DNA of 63,328 nt, the filler included, from Octopus bimaculoides (Eukaryota): assembly GCF_001194135.2 (NCBI RefSeq). It is 5 parts of 4 records of this genome, joined end to end, with 100 filler letters (N's around TTAATTAATTAA, not from the genome) between each part and the next. Parts side by side here need not be neighbours in the genome. Positions count along the whole stretch, not along the records: positions 50,694 to 54,300 come from NW_026320496.1; positions 54,401 to 63,328 come from NC_068981.1; 3 more parts are not named here. One strand, 5' to 3'. A program made the translations under genes and the position numbers. Below the pieces are notes generated by a model that was not told the origin of the DNA, did not search any database, and saw only the letters and a program-made list of their open reading frames with translations. Numbering within the stretch: position 1 is the first letter of the stretch; each line of letters starts with the position of its first letter. Below are positions 50,831 through 63,328 of this stretch, piece by piece.

Positions 50831-52023
50831 ATGTTTACACTCAACGTAGGGTGTTTAAATGTTCGTGGCCTGGGGTCGAATTGGATAGAAGGGCGTTTCC
50901 TCAATGACTTCGGATCTCATTGATTGGATGTGATAGTAGTTACAGAAACCTGGCTGAATAGACCGAGAGGCTTTTCTCCCCTCCTAAACGGCTACGAGAA
51001 ATTTATTTCTCCAGGCCAGCCTGGAAGGGGGTGGGGTTTCACGGTTCTGTTCAGGAAAAATCTGGGTTTAGAGATAAGAGTAAACTTTGTTGATCCGGAA
51101 GGCAGGCTTGTTGTCTTGGACGTGAGGTTGGTGGCAGTTTATGCCCCCTCGAAGGCTGGACAGTCAGACTATTTTCGAGGCCTAGAGAAATTTCTAGTTA
51201 CGTCACACCCCTTACTGTTGTTAGGAAACTTTAACACAATCTGCGATGCACGCGTAGATTCTGTTGGCTTGTGTTCAAATAGGTGGAGAAACCCGTGCCT
51301 CCTCGATCTGCTGAGGCGTTTTCAGCTGGAAGATCGTTATAGTCTAGAACACCCGGACGCTCCTTTGTGGACATAGATGAATAGCGACGGGTCTTCTAGG
51401 TCTTATGAAGATAGGTTATTCGTTAGGCGTAAGGATAAAGATTTGGTTAGGTGTCCACAGTTTCATTACGTCAGCTTCAGTAACCACAAGCTTGTGACCT
51501 GTATGTTTGACTTTGATAAGTTAGGTAAACAAGGTCCCAGTTGCTGGAGACTCAACAAGTCTCATTTGGCTGATGAGGAGTATAGAAGTCGAATCAGGTT
51601 GTTAGTGGCGAGGACATTGACCGGTGCCATAATAAACAACAAATGGTGGTATGCCCTCAAATGAGCCATGGTGTTCGAGTCCATTAGATATAGTAAGCAG
51701 TTAGTCACTAGGAAAAATATAATAGAAAGAGGCTTAGCTAAGAATTTAGAAGAGGCACTGTGGTCTGGCTCTGCATCCCAAGTTTTGGCGACAAGATTGG
51801 TTTTCAACCAATACCTCGGAGCTAAACACGAGGGGTGCATAGTCAAGGCAAGCAACGTGCAATGAGACAGGAAGGAATCAAGGCGGCTGGCTGGAACCGT
51901 GTAATAGACACAACGTGGCAACGACGCTACAATAAGGTCATTTACAAACCAACAGGAGAACTTGTTAAACAAACCCGAGGAGATGTGTAAGGTCATTCAG
52001 AAGCATTTCGCTCAGCTTTTCGG
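50831..52023 (+). mobile_element. Tx1/L1-clade ORF2 5' part (APE endonuclease plus linker), with stops; no RT domain
   Basis: MFTLNVGCLNVRGL..DVIVVTETW..DPEGRLVVLDV..VAVYAP..LLLGNFN..SRSYEDR..SFSNHKLV..GPSCWRLN shows the APE signature motifs. Confidence 0.88.
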
Positions 52024-53345
52024 GTGTCAATAGTCGAAATTTATAAAGTAGGGAACGTACAAACGGTGATAATGCTGAGAGAGTTAAAGGATATAGAAAT
52101 CAGGTGTAATCCACCAGATGTTAAAACATCCAGAAAGTGGAAAGCAGAAGCAAAGACTGATGACATCCTGTCTTCATTTAGACACCGAGATATGGTAGGT
52201 GCAACGCAAATTCATCAGAAGGGATTTGGATTTGTCGCAGATCTGTTCAGACCGTCTGCAAGCATGGTGTGGAGCGAACACAGATCTGTTGTTAGCAACA
52301 GTGTCAAAGTAAGGGAAACAGAAAGAAGAGAGCTTTATTTGATTCAATGCTCTTAACAAGATCAGATGGCGAAATGGGAGGAACACATTGTGGAGAGAAA
52401 AATAAGTTGGAATAAAATATAGAAGTGGACTACATCATGTCTAAGTTTTCTGATTTACTCATCCTACAATATCTTGTCATAGCCTACAAACCTAGTAAGA
52501 TGGAGCATATCAAAGAACTATAAATGCAGACGCAGAAAAGTCAGAACACTGAAACATATTCTTTCCAACTGTTCACTGGCATTGAATAGATATACATGGA
52601 GACACAATCTGGTCCTTAAGGTTATCTTCAATGCTATAAAGAACCAAATTGCTCTCATCAACAGTGGCAAAAAAAAACACTGAAAGAACCAACCAGAGAT
52701 TTCATTACCTTCGTGCGCTCAGTACAGCAGATCCGTTTAAAGAAGAAACTTCCTGTGAGCAATGAAAAGTGGAATGGCTACTGGGAGGTGGCTGCAGACT
52801 TACGAGGGTGCCAAGAATTCTTTCTCATTCTAGTTACTAAGAAACCAGATATCATAATATGGTGTGAAAGAAACAAAGTGGTAAATCTAGTTGAGTTAAC
52901 GGTTCCGTATGAAGATAACATAGACACTGCTCGGGCTCGAAAGATTGACCGTTATGAAAACTTCATTAAGGAATGTGAAGATGCAGGCTGGAAAGCAGAG
53001 CATTTTCCAGTGACTATTGTTATCATTAGACCTAACTCATCATAAAGCAAATACCACCATGAGTAATATCCAGACTACAGTGGAAAAGGCAAGCCACTGG
53101 ATTTGGTTTTAAAAGTGACGATGAGCAATGGCTAGAAGAATATTGAGTGAAACCCGATAATCAGTTGATCTAGTAAGTGAGACCTCGTGTCAGTGAGTGG
53201 TGGGGCAGTGTGCAATGATGCTATCGAGAGAAGTCTCCGAAGCAGCACATATTCTTTCCTGATAACTCCATAAACTTGCTAGCATCCGGTATGTGGGGCT
53301 TTCAACTGGTAGCACTTGCATCTGAAAGTTCACTGCAAAACAAAC
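52024..53345 (+). mobile_element. HERO-like RLE non-LTR retrotransposon 3' part (CCHC plus PD-(D/E)xK endonuclease, 3' UTR)
   Basis: PPDVKTSRKWKAE..RHRDMVG; TLKHILSNCSLALNRYTWRHNLVL; KPDIIIW..VELTVPYEDNI..ARARKIDRY..CEDAGW; VEKASHWIW. The clade name comes from my recall of these motifs. Confidence 0.75.
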
Positions 53346-54171
53346 GTTCATCTTTGGAAACTCTCAATGATCAGATGATCTGTTATAGATACACTAAGCA
53401 CCAACTCATCATAACTACATGACTGAATTTCATAACAAAATGAAAGCGATAACATGACCAAAGTGATATTAATAAATATTTTATAATATTTCATTTCTTT
53501 TCTTTTCTTTATTTTTTCTTTTGTTCTGGTTTCAAATCTTTTAGGCTTTCATTCCTCTCGGCAGGAATGGGGAAGGCTGTCAAAATACATACCAGGTATG
53601 AGTTAGTTTTAATTCAGTCAACAGTATTTCTTCCCTACAAATCGGTGGCCTTATGTCCATGGCAGAAACACCCTTTATCTTTGTAACTGAAGGTGAGTGT
53701 GTGGTAGAAATGTTAGGAGGTCATACAAAATGCATTGAATTCAAACCTACTGAGGTAACCCTTATCTATAAAATTTCATATTTTTATAACCAAAACCGAA
53801 CTTGTAGGTGGCTGGAAAAAGAATATATCACTTAGTTCAGTTAATTTTATCCATCAGATAATGAGAACCTGAAAAAATTTATGGCCCCTGTATCTGTTTG
53901 ACTTAATGAATGGTAACCAAAAAATAATTTAGTGTGCTGAACAGAGCAATTCTGTCAATGTAATAATAATTACAGAAAAACATTTAAGAAAGTTGGTTGA
54001 AATGGATTACTGAAGCCATAAACCATTCCCAAACAGACAGTAACACATCTCCCGATTAACAACACCCAAAGATAGCTTTAAAAGTGACAGCATTTTATTG
54101 CCCATTCTGTTCAATTTTATCGCCAATTTAATGACATTTCTCAGACGAGTTTAGAATACCTCCATATAGAA

Positions 54172-54207
<36 letters not shown>

Positions 54208-54251
54208 TATGTATATATAAATATATATATGTATATGTATATGTATGTATA

Positions 54252-54300
<49 letters not shown>

Positions 54301-54400
54301 NNNNNNNNNNNNNNNNNNNNNNNNNNNNNNNNNNNNNNNNNNNNTTAATTAATTAANNNNNNNNNNNNNNNNNNNNNNNNNNNNNNNNNNNNNNNNNNNN

Positions 54401-54450
<50 letters not shown>

Positions 54451-55112
54451 TGTGTGTACCAAAATGCATCTTTTATAGAGCCAGTACGTGCACTCGTTCG
54501 TATGAGATGAGATTTGCTGTATAATTGTTTTCGTATATTAATGAATCACACCAGATGATTCATTGAAGTTACTGACTCATATGTACAAGTTAGCTCAGGG
54601 AGTGAGCGCGCTATCTGATGGCAGGAGTTTAGTAGATATTTGATAAAAGGATTACAGTCATAGCCAACTCGATTGTATCTCAGGCACAGAGACCTTGGAC
54701 TTCACTATCTAGTTTGTATTCTATTTTTCTTCTTTTTTTATCAAAGAATGTAACTGGTGAAAGACTGGGCTGACATTTAAAAATTTTTAGTGTCTCTTTA
54801 CTGAATATGTTTCAATGGATTGTTTCTATTAACTCTCACAACTTAGCTCCTATCTGAGGTTTCTAGTGCTTCAGTTTCGGAAAAAAGACTGTAGTGGGAA
54901 TGATTAGATGCCTCCGTTCACATATATAGACAGCTGTCTATAGGTAGACTATATACTCTCAGAAATAGATGAAGATTTTTTTTTTGTCTTCTATCATCTT
55001 GATTTTCTTTGCACATTGCATTGTTCTAAACCCAAGTACATTGCCTTGTTCTCTCTAGTAGATTGAAAGATGATTGGCTATTTGTACGAAGAAATATTGT
55101 ATACTTCAAGGT

Positions 55113-55507
55113 TCTTTTACTTTTAGTTGCTTCAGTCATTTGACTGCAGCCATACTGGAGCACTGCCTTTAGTCGAACAAATCTACTCCAAGACTTGTTC
55201 TTTGTAAACCTAGTACTTATTCTATCGGGTTCTTTTTCCGAACCGCTAAGTTAAGGGGACATAAACAAACCAACATCGGTTGTCAAGCGATGGTAGGGAC
55301 AAGCACAAACACACAAACATATATATATATATATACATATACCACAGGTTTTTTTCAGTTTCCGTCTACCATAACTACTCACAAAGCTTTGGTCAGCCTG
55401 AGGCTATAGTAGAAGACACTTGCCCAAGGTGCCACGCAGCGGGACTGAACCCGGAACTATGTGGTTGGTAAGCAAGCTTCTTACCACACAACAACTCCTG
55501 CGCCTAT
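55113..55507 (-). mobile_element. Full-length SINE family B copy
   Basis: Reverse complement of the 19003-19680 family, from head to CAGTCAAATGACTGAA tail. Confidence 0.9.
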
Positions 55508-58179
55508 GTTAACATCTCTAGGGTTATTTTATTGCGAATATTCTTATTTAACGTAATCGTTGATTCGTTGAATCCAAGCGAAATTTTAAATCGTTAAGTA
55601 TGGTGGTATTTCCTTGAGATAAGCAATTAGACTTTGCCTGATGGATTCCGGGAAGCAATTCCTATTTGTGATGAGTCGGGTTATTCCGTAAATGAAGTCT
55701 ATTGCTAATAATTATTTTTATTCCTTCATCTACTCGTTTTTTTCCTGTCAAACAAGTACCAATTAAAAAAAATAGAGATTTGATGTAGATCACATCAAAG
55801 AAAGAAGTCATATATCTCATCTTTTCCAGTTTTAGAGAATACAAAGACTTTACAAATGCTATGCGTCATAATATTTGATAATCATTCTTCACACTCTCAA
55901 GTATATAAAATGCTTAAACTGGATTCAAAAGACTAAATTTTTTGTTCAGGACATGAACCGAAGTAATACCCCAACACATATTGCGGCTACACACACTAAC
56001 ATCTTAAATCACATCAAAAAACAAAGCTATGCAGTTGACTGATTCAATCACCAACGCACTGTCATCTTTATGTATTCTGTCGCTACTTCAATAGCTTCTA
56101 TCCTTCTGACCTTCCTAAGTTCACACTGAGTCAACTGAAACTCATCTTGTACATCCATTCACCTCCTTTACACAAACAAGAGACGGGGCCCAGAAGTAAC
56201 TAACGACAACCGATGTCGAGTAGTTAACGTTAATAAAAGATGATTCCAACAGACTTATATTCCTCAGTTCAACAGTAAAGTAAGACATGAGACCCATATG
56301 AGCATGGTATCAACTAAATATCAAATAGTTGAAGTGGAATTGTGTAAGTGTGATGCAATAAAATGCTTAAAACATCAAGAAATAAATGAAAATTGAACTG
56401 AATGATTTACGTAATTTTTAAATGGATAAAATGACTGTGCCACAATACAGTTACTCTCTCTCTCTCTTTCTTTCTCTCTCTCTCCACGCGCGCACACACA
56501 AGCACACATAAACACAGGCACAGATATAAAGAAATGATATATAGATATCAAAGAGTTTATCATTAAGGACGCAATTTATAAACGGTCATTAAACGCCGAC
56601 AAGTTATTACATTGCAGTAAATCTAATTAGGACCGACGTACAAGTATTTACATAAACGAACAAAACGATTTTAAGAGCAACATAGCATAAAAGCAGAAAA
56701 ATCATAAATTTCCTATATACTGCATACTTTGTGTTCATAAGTTATATAATTACGATCACTTCATCAAATATATAACTACATAATTGTGATACATAATTAA
56801 ATCAAACTGATTTAAGCCAAATTAATTTTAAACACTTTTTGTTCAAATCATAAAGAATATTACGTTATGTTAATCAGAAAACCGCTACTGGTTTAAATAC
56901 ATTGAATATCTTCATTATCTTCCGGTGAAGAAGCTTTCATGAGAGCAGTTGGGTATCATAACGAGATTCTATGAAATGGTGAGTTCTTCGATAAGGTTGC
57001 AAGCCTAAAAAACACTAGGAATGACAAGTGTTGAAATAGGAATTGGAAAGATAATTTTTTTATGACATTTAATGTAACCGTAATGAACCGAGAATTAAGA
57101 AGTGATATAGGGAATTCCTTAGTTTAATAAATCGCCATTTTCCGCCGAGGCATAAATATAGTACATATTAAATATTAACTGTTGTTGTACTTGGGGATGG
57201 TCATATTGCCAGTTTAGCCAATAAATATTAACTGTATTAGTTGTTCAGTTTGTATGAATTTTAATTGTTATATCAGAAGTTATAATACTACAAAGCTGAA
57301 TGGAAAAGCGATAGAAGCAGCTCGCCATTAAAGATCTTGCAACTCAGAATTTAAGAGAACTACCCACCAGATGGTAACTGCCAGGCAATGGCGATTAATA
57401 TACAGTGCCATAGTTGAAACGAACAGCAGAAAGTATCCTAAAATGTGGCATTTTCATGAAATTTCATAAGCGCAAAAATTCATTTGTCAGTTCTGACAGG
57501 AAATGCATTACGGCTTTGTTGAATTTTTTGTGGCACCTGCGTGGGACAAATCTTCATGGAATCAAAATTATTTGGTTGATAGGGCACAATCATACAGAAA
57601 CAGCGGCTTTAAATAAAAAATGCGGCGAGACCTTTGTTTCAGCGAAAAATTAAGAATTTTTATTCAAGGCAGTATCGGTTTGAACAAAAGAACAGAATTG
57701 TTAGTACATTGTATGAATGGGCTAAGTATCCATTATCGAAATAACAGCATCCTTGAATTTCATTCTGGTTTGGAAAAAAACTCGGATTTTCAAATATTTT
57801 AGTAACATAATTTTAAATAAGATATGTATATACAGGGTGTTCGAGCTAAATTTGATTTGTTTATGCATCCTTTTTTCAGGAACGGCTCGATGTATTGGTG
57901 AACAGTTAACGGCTTTGGGTAGCATAAAGATTAAAGATGTACTTGAGAAAAGGTTAGCTGACATGCAGGGTGATAAACCATCTGAATACTGGAAAAGACT
58001 TAACTGTATCTATTCATGTCGGTTAACACGATGCTGACGTCATGAGGGCTGCTTCATATTCTGTGAACACTGTAAAGGCTGTAAGAGATGACATGGGCAG
58101 CTGCAACGGAGACTACGAAACCCTGGCCAGCAGGAAGGAACATGAGAATAGTGTCTCAGGGGAGGGTAATATCATGCCG

Positions 58180-58640
58180 CTCCATATCTTTGAATAAGGC
58201 CTTAGGCTCAATTCAGATGACTATGTTGGAGACTGTGGTCAAAACCTGACCAGAGAAGCTTACTGCTGGAAGGCCATTTGTGTGGCAGCAGGATTCGGTC
58301 CTTTGCCATACCGCCAAAAGGAATCAGAAGTGGTTGTCGGAGAATTACAACGACTTCACTAGCTCCTATTTCTATCCTCCTAATTCCCCCGATTGTAATC
58401 CCATGGATTAGTATATATGGGGCGCATTTGAGAAAAACACCAAACGCACTGCCTGCAACACCAAGGTCAGCTGGTGGCAAAAATCAAGGAGGTGTTCGGA
58501 GATATTCCAAGGGACAGAGTGAAGAAAGCATTTGCCAGGTTCCGGAGCATTCTTGAGGCTGTGTTTGTAGCTAAGGGCGGCTATTTTGAGTAAACTGTTA
58601 TTTCCCAGTCATAATCTAGTTGATTTTTTTTTTTTGATTT
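58180..58640 (+). mobile_element. Tc1/mariner (maT/DD37D-like) transposase 3' remnant
   Basis: GRPFVWQQDS..HTA; PPNSPDCNPMD..WG; KIKEVF..KAFARFRSILEAVFVAKGGYFE*. Confidence 0.8.
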
Positions 58641-59314
58641 AAAAAAAAAGACTTTTATTTTGAGATGGGATATTGTTTTCTATGCAGGCTCGGATTATAA
58701 GATGAAAGATGGGAGAGGTATAACTCAGAATACTCGAATTAAGAGCTTTTCATTTATAATGTATCACACACACACACACNNNNNNNNNNNNNNNNNNNNN
58801 NNNNNNNNNNNNNNNNNNNNNNNNNNNNNNNNNNNNNNNNNNNNNNNNNNNNNNNNNNNNNNNNNNNNNNNNNNNNNNNNNNNNNNNNNNNNNNNNNNNN
58901 NNNNNNNNNNNNNNNNNNNNNNNNNNNNNNNNNNNNNNNNNNNNNNNNNNNNNNNNNNNNNNNNNNNNNNNNNNNNNNNNNNNNNNNNNNNNNNNNNNNN
59001 NNNNNNNNNNNNNNNNNNNNNNNNNNNNNNNNNNNNNNNNNNNNNNNNNNNNNNNNATATATATTCAAATTTAATTTGATAATTTAATTTACCTTCTCTA
59101 CACATTCATACAGCTTTTCTCTAACTCGCTCTTTCGTCTCCCTATATCTTCCCTTGCATTTTCTTATCTTTTTAAACATAACGTCGAGGAATATGTCCTC
59201 ATGTTAAGTACCCGTCTTAAGCATTAAACTAATACCGTATTCAGCCTACTGAATCGTAGTGTCTTGATTCGTTTTCATTTTTTACTTTATCTAAAATTTT
59301 GTTTTCATTTTCAG

Positions 59315-59474
59315 GCATTGTATGTTTCGTGTCGATGTTAGTATCATTTTGCTTTGCAACGTCAACTGGTCCATATGTTTTTGACCTGTTCGACATGTAT
59401 TGCGCAAATATCCCTCTTCTAGTCATTGCCTTCATTGAAGTAATTGCAGTTTCATACATATACGGACTGAAACA
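59315..59474 (+). CDS. SLC6 (sodium:neurotransmitter symporter family) transporter, TM9-TM10 exon
   Basis: ttttcattttcag|GC ATT GTA... = (x)IVCFVSMLVSFCFATSTGPYVFDLFDMYCANIPLLVIAFIEVIAVSYIYGLK; donor CA|gtaagt. The SLC6 pattern G.Y...LFD.Y...PLL.IAF.EVIAV...YG is present. Confidence 0.93.
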
Positions 59475-59853
59475 GTAAGTATGACTCCTTTAAAACTCAG
59501 GAACATCTTTGAAAATGTCTTATGTCCATCATATATACATTCATGCAAAAATACATATACATATGCAAATATGTATGTGTATCCCTATATATGTATACAT
59601 ATTTTTCTCTAAATATTTTTCTCTAAATATATTATTGCTCTAATAGTTTAGAGTGCCTCCTTTTCGGATATATGAACTACTGACGGTATGTGTGTGTGTA
59701 AGTGCGTGTGCATGTGTATGTCTGTGTGTCTGGGTGTATGGGTATATGAACGTATGTGTGTGTGTATTTTTTAAAAGTATATGAAATGAACCGTGTAAAA
59801 TTTGGTTAATGGTTGCCATGAATTATGAAAATAATTAAAATAATTTTTTTCAG

Positions 59854-60016
59854 GTTTAGTGATGACGTAGAAATGATGGTTGGAATACGTCCCAGTTACT
59901 TTTGGATGTTTATTTGGCGTTACCTAGCACCTCTAGTTATGATAGTCATTTTTGTTGCTAGTTTGTTCGAAATTTTAGAGAATGGATCTTATTATATGGC
60001 ATGGGATGCAGAAAAG
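59854..60016 (+). CDS. SLC6 transporter, TM11 exon
   Basis: tttttttcag|G TTT AGT... = (Q)FSDDVEMMVGIRPSYFWMFIWRYLAPLVMIVIFVASLFEILENGSYYMAWDAEK; donor AAG|gtaaga; phases are consistent with both neighbours. Confidence 0.95.
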
Positions 60017-61349
60017 GTAAGATAACATTTTGTTTAGACACACTATCTTCTGTTGTGAATGTATTCTTTTATTCTTTCTTGGGTTTTTGTCATTTGAAAC
60101 AGACAATTTAGTCGGATATACTTTGCTAAATTTCCTTTGGATAAGTAGAAGCATCCTGGTAGGTTCAACAGAGTTACAACGAATATTTTGTTCTCACGCA
60201 AATACAACTTTCTCAGCCGGTCTTAACAACCCACCTGTTTCCCTCTAAATACAGCAGTTCATCCCTTTTCCACAAATACAATTATGTACAGCACTAACAC
60301 ACAAACTCTCTCTCACTTTCGCTCTCTCTCTCACTTTCGCTCTCTCTCTCTCTCTCATACACACATACACACACGTACGCACTTTCTACACTACCCACCT
60401 TCTTTACTTATATACTCACGTACTGCATCATCCATTCACGACTCGCCCACATTCTACAATGCTTTGTTCACTCACTACCCATTGGCACTTTGTCTTCCCT
60501 GTCATATACACTAACACCTGCCTTCACATGTTCACATACAGAAACATACCTTATTGCCATGGAGGGACCGAAAATAGAGGAAGGCCGCTGTTTTGAGGAT
60601 GGGCTAGCAGTAGAAAGAGTAAGCTGAAAGCTTAAAAAGGGTGGCTTGAGATTTCAGCCACCACTGATGACCCACTGACAAGAAGAGCATTAGCTGTTTA
60701 GATTCCAATTAAATCAAATACCCTCTAATGACATTGAACTGCCCCTGACCTAGTTACATTTTTATCGAATGTTAATGAAAGAGAGACATCTACTTTTATC
60801 TGTAATAATTTCCATTTCACCAGATTACCTTCTACGTGCTAACACTTACTCTATCATGGTAAAAGCATTTTCATCATTTTACGACTTACTGTTGCAGTAT
60901 CATACACCTTTGAGCAGACACTGGTCTCTTTATTTTCCAGTTTTCTTCAAATAGTCTTCCTGTTCCTTTTTCCTCAATCTGTCTTGATGAAAAACCTTTA
61001 CAGCAGTGTTTTTGGGACTTTGTCTATTATTTTAGTATTATTTCCACTTCACTTTTCAGACCTCTCGATTTCACTTGCTCGAATTAATTTTGTAAGAGCA
61101 GACAGCAACCTGTTGCCAAAAGTCTCACAGGTTATCCTGTGATATTTAACCGTCAGGTACCAATCTCATGATCCTAGCTGTCCCCAAAAGAGCAGTTTTC
61201 TGAGCTTGTTCTACCCTCATGTCAATCCCAACTCCTCCAGTAAATCTCTCAAACCTCATAACAGTACTCCCAGTGCCTCTACAACTACTGGGATTATTAT
61301 TATTATTGTTGTTGTTGTTATTATTATTATTATTGTCTTTGCACAGCTT

Positions 61350-61480
61350 CTAACGCTGCAGATGTACTACGGTGTCAGCTGTTCACTACCAGTGAACTAA
61401 GGTATCACCCCTTTCCAGAGTATTCGAGCGGTTCCAAGCAGTGCTGTTTTCTGCAAGTGCTCCACCCTTATTGCAACCCC
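61350..61480 (-). mobile_element. R4/Dong-like 3' end fragment between (TTA)n/(TAC)n tracts
   Basis: Minus strand reads IRVEHLQKTALLGTARILWK. Confidence 0.65.
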
Positions 61481-62037
61481 TATTACTACTACTACTACTA
61501 CTACTACTAAAGCGGCAAGGTGGCAGAATTTTTAGCACGCCGGGCAAAATTCTGAGTGGTATTTTGTCTGCTGCTATGTTCTGAGTTCAAATTCCACCAA
61601 GGTCATCCTTTCAGAGTTGATAAATTAAGTACCAGTGAAGTACTGGAGTTCATGTGATCGACCATCCCCTCCCCTCAAATTCCAGCCCTTGTGCCTATAG
61701 CAGAAAGGAATATTATCATTATTGTTGAGTGGAAAGCTAACAGAATCGTCAGCCGGCCGAACGAAATGTGTAGCGACACGAATTTCAGATCTTTTGCCAA
61801 CCGTAGAATTAATTATTTCTTTCTTTGTTTATTTATTTATCTATTTATTTATTTATTTATTTATTTATTTCCTGATCGTGTCGTACACAAATGCTGCTTA
61901 CTTATTCCATGGTGAAATATTCTCCTATATGTTAGATAGATGTTCATTCACTAAAGTGTGAAAACATTGTTATATATCAAAATAAAATCAAAATTTGGGA
62001 AGTAAGGAAACTAACAATGATTATATACAAGGCAACA

Positions 62038-62471
62038 AGGCGGCGAGCTGGCAGAAACGTTAGCACGCCGGGCGAAATGCTTAGTGGTATTTCGTCTGCC
62101 GTTACGTTCTGAGTTCAAATTCCGCCGAAGTCGACTTTGCCTTTCATCCTTTCGGGGTCGATAAATTAAGTACCAGTTACGCATTGGGGTTGATCTAATC
62201 GACTTAATCAGTTTGTCTGTCCTTGTTTGTCCCCTCTATGTTTAGCCCCTTGCGGGCAATAAAGAAATAAGAAACGTTAGCACGCCGGGCGAAAGGCTTA
62301 GCGGTATTCCGTCAAACTTCACGCTCTGAGTTCACATTCCGACGAGGTCAACTATGCCTTTCATCCTTTCGGGTTCGATAAATTAAGTACCTGTTGTGTA
62401 CTGGCGTCGATCTAATCGATTGCCCCCGCCCTCTCCAACAATTTCGGGCCTGGTGCCTAGAGTACAAAAGG
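62038..62471 (+). mobile_element. Dimeric SINE family A inside a perfect 17-bp target-site duplication
   Basis: ttatatacaaggcaaca occurs at 62021-62037 and 62472-62488. Two head-to-tail monomers with different 3' tails lie between them. Confidence 0.88.
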
Positions 62472-62604
62472 TTATATACAAGGCAACATTATCATTTACC
62501 AATATGCATTAAATATTCTGATGAATAAATAATTTATTTTGTAATGACTGTCTTCAATTTTACATATTAATCTATAAACGTTTTTGTTCGATTTTCATTG
62601 ACAG

Positions 62605-62838
62605 GGTCACACTGTGATGCAACCCCGACCATGGTGGGCGCAATTCGTAGCTGCACTTCTGATCCTCTCCTCGGTCGCATGGATTCCATTTATAGCCATT
62701 ATACGTTACTTCAACTTAGTTAAATGGGAACCTGAGACGCCAGCTTTCTTTCCAGCCGAAGAACTACGGGAAGAACGAAACATCAAGCCTCATCAAGCTA
62801 CATTTATTGAAAAATATTTCTTTGGATTTAAAGGCTGA
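62605..62838 (+). CDS. SLC6 transporter, terminal exon (TM12 plus C-tail); B0AT/SLC6A15-19-like amino-acid transporter subfamily likely
   Basis: ttttcattgacag|GGT CAC... = GHTVMQPRPWWAQFVAALLILSSVAWIPFIAIIRYFNLVKWEPETPAFFPAEELREERNIKPHQATFIEKYFFGFKG*; phase 0, matching the previous exon. Confidence 0.93.
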   Translation, partial: GHTVMQPRPWWAQFVAALLILSSVAWIPFIAIIRYFNLVKWEPETPAFFPAEELREERNIKPHQATFIEKYFFGFKG

Positions 62839-63265
62839 ACAGCAATGCAACTTTAACAAACGCGTGTATGTACAGGCTGTGCATACACACATGTATGTAT
62901 GTAAATATATACACACATATAAAATCATATATACATAAATAATCTTGTATACATTTCCAACTATNNNNNNNNNNTATATATATATATATATATATATACA
63001 CACGTGTGTGTGTGTGTGTGTGTGTGTGTGAAATCGTACAATGTTTGAATGTTTTCATGTTTTTTAGATGTCTATGGACAGAAAATTAATTAATGATACA
63101 TAATTTAAAAACTGTCACATGTTCATACATATTTAAGTACTCAATAAGCACTTATACAAAGAAACACAGGTAGAGACATACACTCAAAGCGCAAAAACAA
63201 ATTCAAATAAGTATAAACTTGTGAAAAATAACATGAGCCCACATAAATTTTATAATATATATATG

Positions 63266-63328
<63 letters not shown>

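Noticed and set aside
53565-53692. Two small exon-like segments with good GT donors (EWGRLSKYIP; SSLQIGGLMSMAETPFIFVTE)
   Set aside because: They show no similarity to SLC6 motifs, and the 38-nt spacing is too short for a normal intron; chance splice-like sites are likely.
57880-58037. Candidate upstream SLC6 exon after ttttttcag
   Set aside because: The only open frame (TARCIGEQLTALGSIKIK...) has no TM8 or other SLC6 character and ends in a stop.

Overview
Eukaryotic, AT-rich, microsatellite-saturated genomic DNA with many N gaps. The tRNA-derived SINE families and LINE content look like an octopus genome (inference). Almost all long ORFs in the track are microsatellite or gap artefacts. 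Three real protein-coding genes are readable by hand. (1) The 5' part of a secreted GH18 chitinase on the minus strand: a signal-peptide exon at 5358-5427, an exon at 4805-4997 and a partial exon at 1390-1447. (2) A single-coding-exon, type II membrane glycosyltransferase of family GT61 on the minus strand (44935-46350, 471 aa). Its motifs look closer to plant N-glycan beta-1,2-xylosyltransferase than to animal EOGT/POMGNT2, and it is the best lead in the window. (3) The last three exons of an SLC6 amino-acid-transporter-like gene on the plus strand (59315-62838), whose 5' exons I could not find. The rest is a layered transposon landscape: a TIR-bounded Chapaev-type element, Tc1/mariner remnants and MITEs, a hAT-type MITE, RTE, Tx1/L1, R4/Dong-like and HERO-like LINE fragments, and a Penelope GIY-YIG remnant. 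It also holds many SINEs, including a dimer inside a perfect 17-bp TSD, and two minimal hammerhead-ribozyme-like motifs, one in a tRNA-headed SINE. Four 100-nt spacer gaps containing TTAATTAATTAA break the window into five pieces, so adjacency between the genes is not proven. No rRNA, functional tRNA or CRISPR array is supported.
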